DNA of 63,640 nucleotides, filler included, from Atractiella rhizophila (lineage: Eukaryota), in NCBI GenBank assembly GCA_021432655.1. It is 10 parts of 10 records of this genome, joined end to end, with 100 filler letters (N's around TTAATTAATTAA, not from the genome) between each part and the next. Parts side by side here need not be neighbours in the genome. Positions count along the whole stretch, not along the records: positions 1 to 6,627 come from MU272282.1; positions 6,728 to 13,331 come from MU272283.1; 8 more parts are not named here. One strand, 5' to 3'. The translations under genes were made by a program, and so were the position numbers. This document shows positions 1-10,252 of this stretch, one piece after another; position 1 is the first letter of the stretch, and each line of letters opens with the position of its first letter. Under the pieces are notes generated by a model. It saw only the letters and a list, made by a program, of their open reading frames with translations. It was not told the origin of the DNA and ran no database searches.

Positions 1-854
1 TCTCTTGGCACAACCTTCTCGTTTCTCCCACACTAAAGACTCTTGTCAGGGTTCGAGCCCCTGATATACCTTAAGTACAGACCAAGATGGGTGTAAACAC
101 CCATCATTAGCTCTTTTAGTTCAGTTGGTTAGCTGTTGGTCTGCAGCCATCTTGACAACTCTATTTGGAATCATAGACTGGGAGTGTGCCTGCCCGCTAC
201 CGCTGTGGAAGGTCTGTTCGCTCCCTTCGCTCCTGCTAGGAAGGGAGCAGGAAGGGGAACCAAAGGCTATTCAATAAACGGGTTTGACGTCAAACTTGTT
301 TGAGGAGCATACATTCAAGTTCGAGCAGATCATGTTGCGAAGGTTCTTTTTAAAGAAGATGGAAGAGATAAACCCAGAATGGGCTCGGTTATATAGGAAC
401 GAGATGAGAAGGAGAGACTTTGAATTAGCGATAGAGTATTGTGACAATGAGTTTTGCGCGGATAGAGTAGATCGATGGATTGAAACAGTTGAAAGGGTCA
501 ACCATCCGGGGGTGTCCTTTGCTTGAAAGATTGCGTTTTTGAGAAGTTGTTAATTGACTTCCTTTATTGACAAAGTTAAAGACTTTTAATTTTCACCAAT
601 AGGTGTCATTCATCGAGAAAACCACAGGCAGTATGAGCTACATCAATGGAGAAACGTAAAACTCACTGACTAGCAATACACTGATCAGAACTTTGATCAC
701 ACCATTGATGCACACTTAATACTTTCCCTTAGTTTGCATTGAAAGTTAGGTCATGATGTGGTCAGAAGAACCTCAGATTAACGTTTTAACACTGGTCGAC
801 ATTCCCCTGTATCAGCTGCAAAAGAGATTTGGTCCTTGTGAATTGTTCCTGACT

Positions 855-987
855 CTGGTTCCACAACCACGACATGAGAGGAATAAGTACAGAAACAATA
901 GTGGTTTTATTTCAGTATAGATAATCTACACACCTGGTTCCCCAACCACGATACGAGAGGAATAAGTACAGAAACAATAGAGTGGTT
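855..987. repeat. Pair of ~53-bp imperfect direct repeats (855-906, 934-987)
   Basis: ctggttcc.caaccacga...gagaggaataagtacagaaacaatag(ag)tggtt occurs twice. Confidence 0.85.
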
Positions 988-1325
988 GGGGAAAAGGAAA
1001 AGAAGATGGAAACGTGTTTAAATACGTCCAACCTAGCGGTGACGTGCCATGCGCTTCGGAATAACAGACACAAAGTGCCCATGCTGAATAAAACAAATCT
1101 GCGGCATCTCTCTACAATCTTCAATGCCTAACATCAACTTCTAACACTGCACATTATAAACAATAAACAAGAATATCTGAGCAAGGCGACATAGAGCGGC
1201 ATTGTAATCATTCAAGGAGAGTTTTTGTTCCTCCCCTACTGTAAAGAAGTTACAGGGGTCTTAACGATTAGACAATGAACAAATTGAAAGAATTGATTCC
1301 TCAACTACTCAACGTCAGCCAGAAT

Positions 1326-4030
1326 TAGGGACTCGCGTGAATGTGAATAATTCATGAACAGTCATCATATCATTCACCAAAAGTCATGAATAAGGTGTTC
1401 ATGAACCGGTGAACTGGTGACTTTGACTGTAACATGAGCTGTGAATGTCAGGCCTGAAACTTCTTGAGTCATGGCTAGTCATGAATAAGTCACCACTTCC
1501 AGCCATGGATGGATGGGTACGGGCACTGGGGACAATGTCGGCCGAAGTTACAGCCATTGTGATTTCCACAAGCCTCGTCTTCATGATTGACATTCACAGA
1601 TTCAGCTTCGGCCCTTGTTCGACTGGCTGAGGTTTTCGAGGTGGGCTTTTCCTATCAACCAGCAAGAAGAGGCTAAATGACTGCTCTGACTGCTCAGGAG
1701 GGCACTGACACTGGCCACCCGATTTGACGAGGCTCTGATCAGCAAGCGGTCAAGGGGGGACTCCACCTCTGGTGACCTTTTTCTGCTGTATTTCCAACTT
1801 TCTCACCTAACAACAGAACCTGTTATTGCTCCGAAGCAAAAGTGACTACTTTCAAGAAGGATAAGTTGCATTTGGACGAAGAGGCACACTTGTACCTTGA
1901 CTCTCCATTTGCTTCTCTGAACATAGATCAGGGAAGCTGATATCAAATCTTGGAAATCCTCTGTTTGCGCGCATTATGATACTCAGATGGTTGTCAAGAA
2001 GGAAGAAGTGGAGGGAGGTGAAAAGAAGGAGGTTATTTATTATTGGTTTACTTGTAAGGAGTTTAAAGATCATGAAGTCGACCGGAATAGGGACGGATTT
2101 GCAAGTGGGGCTGCACCGACCTCGGAGCTTTTGGTAGGCGTTAAGGCATGTGAGGTAAAGCATGTGAAGTCCAGTGAGCGTTCAACAACACTGAAGGAAT
2201 TTGGATATGCCTTCGGTGACAAGATTGATGGAAAGAAGAGTGGCATTCTGTACTTCCCTTACCCCCCTCAACACTTCCGATTCTGGCTCACTTTCCTCTG
2301 TGCTCGACGCAAACCGCCGTTTAATATTGTTGAGGATTACAAGCTCCATATCATCTTCAAGATGCTTCAACCTGATGCGTACCTTATTAGTGCTGACCAA
2401 GTCTTGAAGGATCTCTAGAACATCTATACTTGAGCTACCCAGATTATTAAGGATGTTTATTTGAAGGTAGAAGTTTCTCCTAATTTTCACATCTCACTTT
2501 CTGAAAGATGTGGGACAGGACATTGACTGGTTTCATGTTTCTACTGACGCTTGGACCTCAAGGAACTACATGGCTTGGCTTGCTGTGCTGGATCATTATT
2601 GGTCAGGAACTGAGGTAAAAGAGATCATTTTAGAGTTTGTTTGGTACAGTGTTAGAGCACTGCTGTGTCCTGTATGCTGAACTTCCTCACAGGCTGAGTG
2701 ATTCACACACGGGGAGATATTTGGCCGGAGAGATTGTGAAGGTGCTGGAGCGGTATGGTATTGATGGAAAAGTCAGTTTTGCATGTCCTTTGCCATGTCC
2801 ATCGAATTAAACATGGAATTAGTTGATGAGACTAGTAAGCCATAGTGCGTCAAACAAGGACACAATGGTTTCAGAACTCAAGCTCCTGCTCCCCTCCTTG
2901 AAGGGGCAAGAATATCAAATCTGGTGCCTTAATCATGTCCTCAACCTGGTTGCAAAGGTATGTTCCTTAGTTTCTAATCAAGTTTCTTACCTGGCATCCT
3001 TTTAGGCTCTGATCTTGCCCTTCATGAAAGAGAAGAAAAGAAGGAAGAAGGGCGAAGAAACTGAGAGATTTGAAGATGACAGAGCTGTAAATAGCAGCAA
3101 GGAAGAGGCTGCTATAATCGATAAGATAGTGGCAAGCCATGATGCAGTGCAGGAAGCTATGGATGATGATATTATTGAAGAGATATCTGATGAAGTATTG
3201 AAGGGACTGGAACAGGAGGATCTGATGATAAGAGACTGAACATCGAGTTCAGTATGGAGGAGCACCAAGCTGTTCGTGGATGTGTTCAAAGGTCCATATC
3301 GCTTGATTATGTATTCTTTCCTGAAGACATTGCAGATTTGGGAACTGTCTCACAAGATTGTTAATGGCAGCTCAATGAACCGGAATTTCAGCGTCTTGTG
3401 GAGCGATTTTACAAGGACCTCACAGATGCACGACTTCCAATCCAAGATGTTGTCACCCGGTAGAACAGTCTCTTCCTCTGGCTCGAACGAGCCCTCCTGG
3501 TCTGACAAGGTTTCAATGGTCTTACAGAACAGAGCTCATTCCAACTTAAGAGGTATGAAGTGATGGAACCCAAATGGAAAGTCCTAGGTGAATTGTGGGA
3601 TGTTCTCAAGGTTTATCAATTGCTTCAATTTAATCTGTGCAAGATCTGAGCCTAGGCTGCAGCCTTTCTATTCAGCCATAGTCAAGCCATCTGCCAAGAA
3701 ACGGGTGCTCCTTACCGACGTAATCCCTTATCTCAATAAGTTTGACCATAACCTTCACAACCTCAAGCTTAACCGAAATGTGAGTCCGTTTATTCAGTTG
3801 GGTGTTTGTCACATGATTGCAGTTCTTAATAAATATTATTCAAAGCTTGTCAGGAGACAAGCATGTATAAGTTGGCAATGGGTTCGTCTCTCTTGGTTAT
3901 TATTACTGAGCTGATGTGAACTTTTAGTGCTCCAACCTTACCACAAACTTAAGTACTACGAACACACAGGGTAGCTCACCTCCTAGATTCAAGATATTTG
4001 GGCATTGCTATTCAAAGATCTACCATCCTA
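1326..4030 (+). mobile_element. Degenerate hAT-superfamily DNA transposon (transposase pseudogene with probable left end)
   Basis: Fragmented transposase motifs: PFNIVEDxxLxxIFxMLQP (ORF 1987-2418), HVSTDAWTS at ~2535 (first catalytic D), HTGRYLAGEIVKVLERYGI at ~2705, ASNKDTM, CLNHVLNLVAK (CxxH), and VLQPYHKLKYY at ~3930. It has in-frame stops and introns. TAGGG at 1326 followed by clustered TCATGA/GTGAA motifs resembles a hAT terminus with subterminal repeats. No right end was found. Confidence 0.8.
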
Positions 4031-4079
4031 CTCCTTCTGTAGAAACCATAGTTGTAACTGATCTGCTGGATGAGGACTG

Positions 4080-4531
4080 GGGAGGATGGTGTAGTGGGCT
4101 AAGCACCAGTCCTGGCCAGCCCAAACGACGGTTTCTATGTGGCTGTGGGTTCGAATCCCACCCTTCCCACCCTGCTTGACCCACCAAGCAACCGCCCTGG
4201 CTTGACCTGGGACACTGACACTGACGTCAGTAGCTGAGGGTGATAACCCCTCCGGACACTGTGGGTACCACTGTGGACGCACAGTACAGGGGCGTGGTGC
4301 TGTGATGGTGCCAAGCCTCCCCTTGTTTCTTGGTGAACGCGTTTCCAATGTGCATGAGATCCGCAGCCTTCACACAAGGAGATAGGATGACATTTAGCCG
4401 AAGCTTAGAGGCATGGTGATCACATGTGAGGTTTTAGTGGGTATTGTTCATAGAATGGAGCCCCACACTGTTCCTTTGCCGATCACGGCGGGTTCGTGCG
4501 TAAAAAGCATTTCCTCACCATTAAAAAAAAA
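4080..4531 (+). mobile_element. Probable tRNA-derived SINE (~450 bp)
   Basis: The 5' head is tRNA-like: A-box TGGTGTAGTGG, D-stem GTGT/GCAC, perfect T-arm GTGGG-TTCGAAT-CCCAC (B-box) and acceptor-like GGGAGG/CCTTCCC, but no clean anticodon arm. A ~350-nt GC-rich non-coding body follows, ending in A9(TA)n from 4523. Confidence 0.65.
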
Positions 4532-4863
4532 TATATATATTTACCAGCGGACCTCCTTACCAAGGCGCTTCCGGTCGCCAGTGTGGACAAGTTTTGAGTT
4601 ATGATGGGTTTGCGCCCCTACCCAAGTGTCTGAGGCAGTTATGGGGCGCAATAAAACTCTGTCCTCCTTCTGGGGGTTATAAGACCCCGCTTCAAGCGGT
4701 ACGAGGATCTCTCTACTGGTTTTAGACAGTCAACTAATATGTTTTCTTTGTGTGATGTCGCTTTATGCTGCCTTCATTCGGTGGAAGCTTCATTGGATGG
4801 TTATTCTGGATGGTTCTTGGATTTGGCGGGAGCTTCAAGAGGCCGCTGCCCAGGTGGGAGTGT

Positions 4864-5260
4864 TGGATTAGGTGTTATATTTCTGTTGTGTTTGTGTGGT
4901 CAGCCACCTCAGTTTTGTTTGCTTCACTTCGGAGTTTTATCCCCCTAGGGGGCAGTTTAGGCGGTCATCATCTTTGACCACCAATCTCTGTCCCCTAGGT
5001 ATGTGTTTCCCTATCAATGTCATCATCTTTGACCACCAATCTCTATCCCCTAGCTCCATCCAGCATCAGATTCTCTCACCATGTTAGATAGAATGTTATA
5101 TTAGCTGGATTAGGTGTTACTTTGCATGGTGTTGTCTTTGTGGTCAGCCAACTGTGTTGTGTGCACCCACTTTATAGCTTTCCTTCCTAGGAGGCTGTTT
5201 GGTGGCCATCATCTTTGACAACTAACTCCTGTCTCTTAGGTATATGCATCCTCATTAATT
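4864..5260. repeat. Degenerate ~150-bp direct repeat pair with an internal ~35-bp duplication
   Basis: tggattaggtgtta...tgtggtcagcca...cctagg.ggc.gttt...catcatctttgac...taggtat occurs at ~4864 and ~5106. gtcatcatctttgaccaccaatctct is also repeated within 4964-5052. Confidence 0.7.
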
Positions 5261-6322
5261 ATACAAGCTTAAAGGCACATACACTTTTGGTATAATACAT
5301 GTCGGCAACCTGATAAAGCTGTAAGCTTCTCAAATTTCCTAACTGATGTAGGTGTCAGCTAACTTGTTGTTATTTTCATGAGGTTTGATTCTACAATGTG
5401 AACAATCTCTGTAATATACTAATGTAACAAGCATTGAAAGAAAGACACTGTTATGATTCTGAAAAATAGTAAGTGTCAGTAAAAGCAGCAGGAGAAGTGC
5501 AATGAAATGGTAAAAACAGAATACTTTTTATATCCCTATAAAATTTCACTCAAGTCAATGTATACAGTTGCACCCAGGCATTCACAGAAATGCAACCAAG
5601 AGTATCACATAATCCTAGCCAAGGCAGCCTGACAACCAAATGCACACAGATGAGGGTAATGCTGACATTGGCTAATGGCAGTCCAGACATAGCTCGTCAC
5701 CAGATGAATACAGATCTCAATTCAGATGGATCAAAATCCCAACTTTATCTGGATATAGTTGACAAATGGCTGACCTCATCTAGTTATCACCAGCTGAACA
5801 CAACCATACTAAGGGATACATTCAGATAGACTCTCATCTGGATTCAGATGTTCTCTCACGTGAGGACGACTGAAGGGTCACAGAGCTGAACACAGGATGA
5901 TAGACAGGAGGCTACAGGCAGTGACACCTCAGCATGGCTATTACTTTCTGAATGTGGAACAGGGATATGGCTGGGCAGCTGAATCTATCTCCAGTTCAGA
6001 GTGACGCAGTTGTGAACATTTGATTACAGTTCTTAGATTCAGCTGACCACCATCCAAAGCTGAGTTTGGTGATAATGATGTCAGATTTGTTTTTCAAAAT
6101 GCCAAGTTATGACGCTTTTTGCGATCCAGTCATTCCAGAATTAGCTTCTACTCACATCAAGCCTCACATTAGCAATGACCAAGAGTTCTGATTACTAGGT
6201 TTAGTTTTCTTCCCACGAAATATTGATCAAGTGGTGCTTTTCCACGCAAATAGAATTATCACGCAATCTATCGATCTACTGACCGAGCAGAGTGCTAATG
6301 CTGGATGATTGTGATATACAGT

Positions 6323-6627
6323 TCATACACCGTTTAGTCGACAAATCAAGCGCGGTGTGTTACCAGAAACGACACCTGAAACTGCGACTTTTACCTTGGA
6401 CCCAATTGGGAAACCCGGATTCCCACTCAGGTCCACCCTAGCCAACACGCCTAACTCCTCGATCATCATGCGCTGTTCCGTATCTCCCTTCGCCGAAGAT
6501 GGACCTTCTGTTGCATATGCCGTGAGGTTCTGCAACAGGTTAGCTTCTGAACCATCAGGGTTGTCCGAATTCAGAGTGCGGGACACAACATAGCTGAGCC
6601 AAGCCGCCGAGCTGTAGCGTTCAGCGC
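6323..6627 (-). CDS. 3' end of a gene cut by the scaffold edge; possibly the C-terminus of an RNB-family (Dss1/Cyt-4-like) exoribonuclease
   Basis: The frame is open from the edge: AERYSSAAWLSYVVSRTL...MIEELGVLARVDL...IGSKVKVAVSGV. This resembles the post-RNB ERxSxxxW helix plus an S1-like strand pattern. The resemblance is from memory only. Confidence 0.35.
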
Positions 6628-6727
6628 NNNNNNNNNNNNNNNNNNNNNNNNNNNNNNNNNNNNNNNNNNNNTTAATTAATTAANNNNNNNNNNNNNNNNN
6701 NNNNNNNNNNNNNNNNNNNNNNNNNNN
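6628..6727. other. Artificial scaffold linker N44-TTAATTAATTAA-N44
   Basis: Six-frame stop linker, identical at all nine joins. Confidence 0.98.
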
Positions 6728-9700
6728 GGTGGATGATCACCGTTGATGGTGAGCGCGTCGAACTCTTCCCTAATCGCTCTCGTGTCGTCAAATGGATCTT
6801 CCTCATCGTCTTCATCATTCGGCGTCTCTGTGCCGTTAACAAGCGATTGGACAGCCTGTGCTTCCTCCCGATCCAAGATCCCGCCACTTTCAGAGTCAAC
6901 GCTTGAACCCTCCTCAGTCTTCTCCGCCGGGCTCGAATCGCCGGATTGCCCAGCCACAAATGCCTTCGACTGGCTCCTCTCAGCGGCTGGACTATCCAAC
7001 GGGACATCTTCCATGTCGCTGCCCAGACGTGGAAGCGAGGCTCCGTTAACGACCACCGGTGTCTCCCCTTCGGCTTGGTCCACGACCGGTACAGGCTCCG
7101 TGTAATCATTCTCTTGCATCGCCCCTCGTATAGCAAGATTCAACTTTTCAGCTGCATGATATCCTCCCACAAGATGGCCTTCTTCGTCGTATTGCGGACC
7201 ATCTGCACGATTGAGAAGGCTCATATTGGAGCAGTGGACGAGTTCGGCATAGAGTTCGCATATCCTGAAGCGCTCGACGGTCAACGGCTTGATGTCCCCA
7301 ATCGTGCTCGGCATCGACTCTTTACCAGACCTTGGATTTCGTAGCAATTCTTGAAAGTCTTCGACCCGTTCAGTGAGTGCCTTCAGTAAATGGGTGAGGT
7401 CCACAACGCTCGGTCCTTTTGGATCTCTCCAATCCTCTTCCTTCACACCATCCACATCACCATTTCCCCCATTCTCCTCCTTTGCCCTATCTGCCGCTTC
7501 CTCCCTCTGAGCCCAAGCCAGAATCTGTTGCTCCACGAAATCGGAGTTGTTCTTTCGGATTAGATCTATAATGAGCGAAAGAATATGAATCAGGGACGAA
7601 GTGACGTTGTTTCCATCGATATCAGACTGGGTCGGTGCCAGTTGAGGAGAAGGAGTTGGACTTGAGTCTTCCTTGCGATGCACGCTCGCGATCTGTTGGA
7701 ATGGCCCCAAATTCGAAGCTAATTCGGGTGGAGAAATGCCAAAGATCTCGCCCGACTCAGATTGTTCCAAAAGGACCGAAGGCTCTCCAACACCTTCCGA
7801 GGGAGCGACGTCAGGGGTAGAAATGTTGGTGAATTCTTCAGACGCGGATGTGCCTCCGAGACTGGACGAGAGAGCGAAGGTAGAATCGTTCAGCCTATCG
7901 TCGGCCTTATTCGACTCCTCCCTCTTTCGCTTCGGTGGGAGGACGGTATCGAGCATCCGTCGTATCGTATCCGCTCTGACCAACTCTCGACAGAATCGGA
8001 ACTCAGGCCATCGCACCCTCTCTCCAGGCTTGCACTGCAGGATCCCGCTGGCACCCAACAGTCCGAAAGGAGACTGCATCACTCCCCTCCCCAGTCCAAG
8101 AGCCTGAGCCTCGTTCCCTCCAGGCTTCCCCATCCCCATGGCGCCGCCACCGAGCGCTGCGATTCCTCCTAATCCTACACCAAGTCCAAGGATCTCGACG
8201 ACGTTTCCGGATACCATGCCGTTCTCAAATGATATGAGAATCTTGATAAGCTCTGATGCCGCCTGATGATGGCCAGTTGGTCGTGATGGATGGATTAAGT
8301 CCAAAAGCTGGGGTATAAGTCGTTCACGTTCCAAGAAGAGAGAAGGGCTGAGATGCGGAGGCAGTTGAGGATTAAGATCGAGGTAAAGTAGACGGAGGAC
8401 GAGATCAGAGAGTGGGGAACAAGTGGGCAAATGGCTTAAGATTCGCGGTAGGAAGGACGGGAGGGCGTAAATGAAGGTGAGAGTTTGGACGGGCCGGGCC
8501 TGCAAGAAGGAGCCCATGACTTTGACGAAATATCCGACTTGTACAGTCTTGAGGGAAAGCTCGCCCGGTGTCCGCGACATGACGCTGTTCCAGAAAGGGA
8601 GCAGAAAGGATTGAGGTGCGGAGAAGATGGTCTCTAGAAGAGGGAAGAGGTCCATGCAAAGGATTTCTGTTGCGACGTAAGGGAACCTACAAGCCTTGTG
8701 TGAGTTCATCATCGCAGAGAGTTCCACATTATCGTTAGAGATTCATATAGTAGATGCGTATAACACATCACCATGCACTACTATTGTCGTCGTACTCCCC
8801 TCTCAAAGAGACTGATACTCGACACATGGAGTATTTCTCAATCACCCTTCAACGGCGGCAACATTCACTGTGTATTCGAAAAAACTACGGTTGACGTTGA
8901 TGCGAATAAGTTATTACACCACAGAATCGGTGGTACTCCAACGCACTGTCCACCGAAGTAGGGCATCCCGTCTCGCCAGATCATGCTGCGCTCTGTTTCG
9001 GCGGAAAATGGTAGGCATATTGATGCATTCCAGTAACGCTACGAAGCACCGAGACAGAGATAGACCGCTCTTTGCTCACTCTTGCAATAATATTCAGAGT
9101 CATGTGGAGGAGTTCCCCTGTGAACAGTAAGCCGTGCCAACCTGTATTGCAACCTGTATTGCAGCCAGTATTGTATTCTGGCGTACTCAGGAGAGAAGAA
9201 GATTATCCTATCACTTGAACAAGTAATATATGTCCTTGAGAGGACGGATCAGGAGTATGCATCTTAGAAACGTAATTATGATGGTGCTCCACAACGTGTA
9301 GCTCAAGGTTATCATCTATGACTCCCCTCATTGGAGCAGACCTCATGAGGAGGTATAGAAGAGCAAAAGGGATCCCACAGACCATCCTTCAAGCAGAAAC
9401 ACAAGTCCAAATAGGAACAAAGAAAGAAACGACTGACTTGAACCTCCTTTTCCTCCACTCATCATCGACTCTACCACCCTCTCCAACACCGACCCTCCTC
9501 CACCTCTCTTCCTCCTTCTCCTTCTCCCTGCTCCACTTAGTCTCCTCCTTCCCACCTTTGACAAAGTCTAACAACAGCTTCCTCTCGTCCACCTTCACGC
9601 CAGCATCCTCTTCGCTCCCGAAGCCCTCTGTGACCCACTGCAACAACCGTAATGCGACATCTCTGCGGGAGACGAATTCCAGAAGTTTTGGATTGGACGT

Positions 9701-9826
9701 CTTGAGCTCCTGGAGCAAGTCGTCCTCGTCGAGCAGGGAAGAGAGGATGGAGAGCGGAGGCGAGGACGATGACAGAAGGGTGGAGATGGAAGAGACCGGA
9801 GTGAAGCCAAAGCGCCAGAAGGACAT
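6728..9826 (-). CDS. SIT4/PP6 phosphatase-associated protein (SAPS family, Sap155/185/190-like), 3' truncated
   Basis: Exon 1 is 9826-9438 (MSFWRFGF...LLDEDDLLQELKTSNPKLLEF). Intron 9437-8687 (GTCAGT...TAG). Exon 2 encodes FPYVATEIL, LIIDLIRKNNSDF and PLTVERFRICELYAELVHCSNMSLLN, which are SAPS hallmark motifs. The frame runs off the scaffold. Confidence 0.93.
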
Positions 9827-10252
9827 TGTCGCGCTTTTAGATTTTATTGGATAAGTTGGCGAGATCGCGAAGTGGTTGGAGTGATTGTCGTTGATGATAA
9901 AATAGGTGATTGGGTGAGACGCACGCGGAGAAACAAGAAACTCCAGCCGTGACTATCACTCCACAATTGGAACCTCTTGGTACCTCAATTTGAAATGGAG
10001 ATGATAATGCAATATTCAATATTCGTACTTTTTATGCTCTAACTCCGTTGTTATCCTCTTATCCACTCAGTCCAGTCTATATCCATACCTGTTCAGTCGC
10101 GTAAAGGGAACTGAGTGGCACTGCTGACGACGTGATCGACTGACTCGTTTTCGCCTTCCTCTTGCTCACTCAGCACTTCATAACTTCAATTCACCTTTCT
10201 TCCTACACAACGACGCAGCGCACAAGACAATCAGAGAATTGAAAATCGAACG

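Noticed and set aside
46..64. T-arm-like hairpin TCAGGG-TTCGAGC-CCCTGA as a tRNA
   Set aside because: No D-arm, A-box or acceptor pairing is visible upstream within the window. At most a fragment.
284..526. 80-aa charged ORF as a gene
   Set aside because: It has a non-ATG start and no recognisable motif, and lies among repeat relics.
4080..4170. Functional tRNA gene (including tRNA-Sec)
   Set aside because: No well-formed anticodon arm, no TCA anticodon, a mismatch in the acceptor stem and no Pol III T-run after it. It is better explained as a SINE head.
6743..8172. Long antisense ORFs over SAPS (similarly over UBA4, NUG1 and the integrase)
   Set aside because: Shadow ORFs from codon bias of the real gene, with S/P/R-rich content and no motifs.
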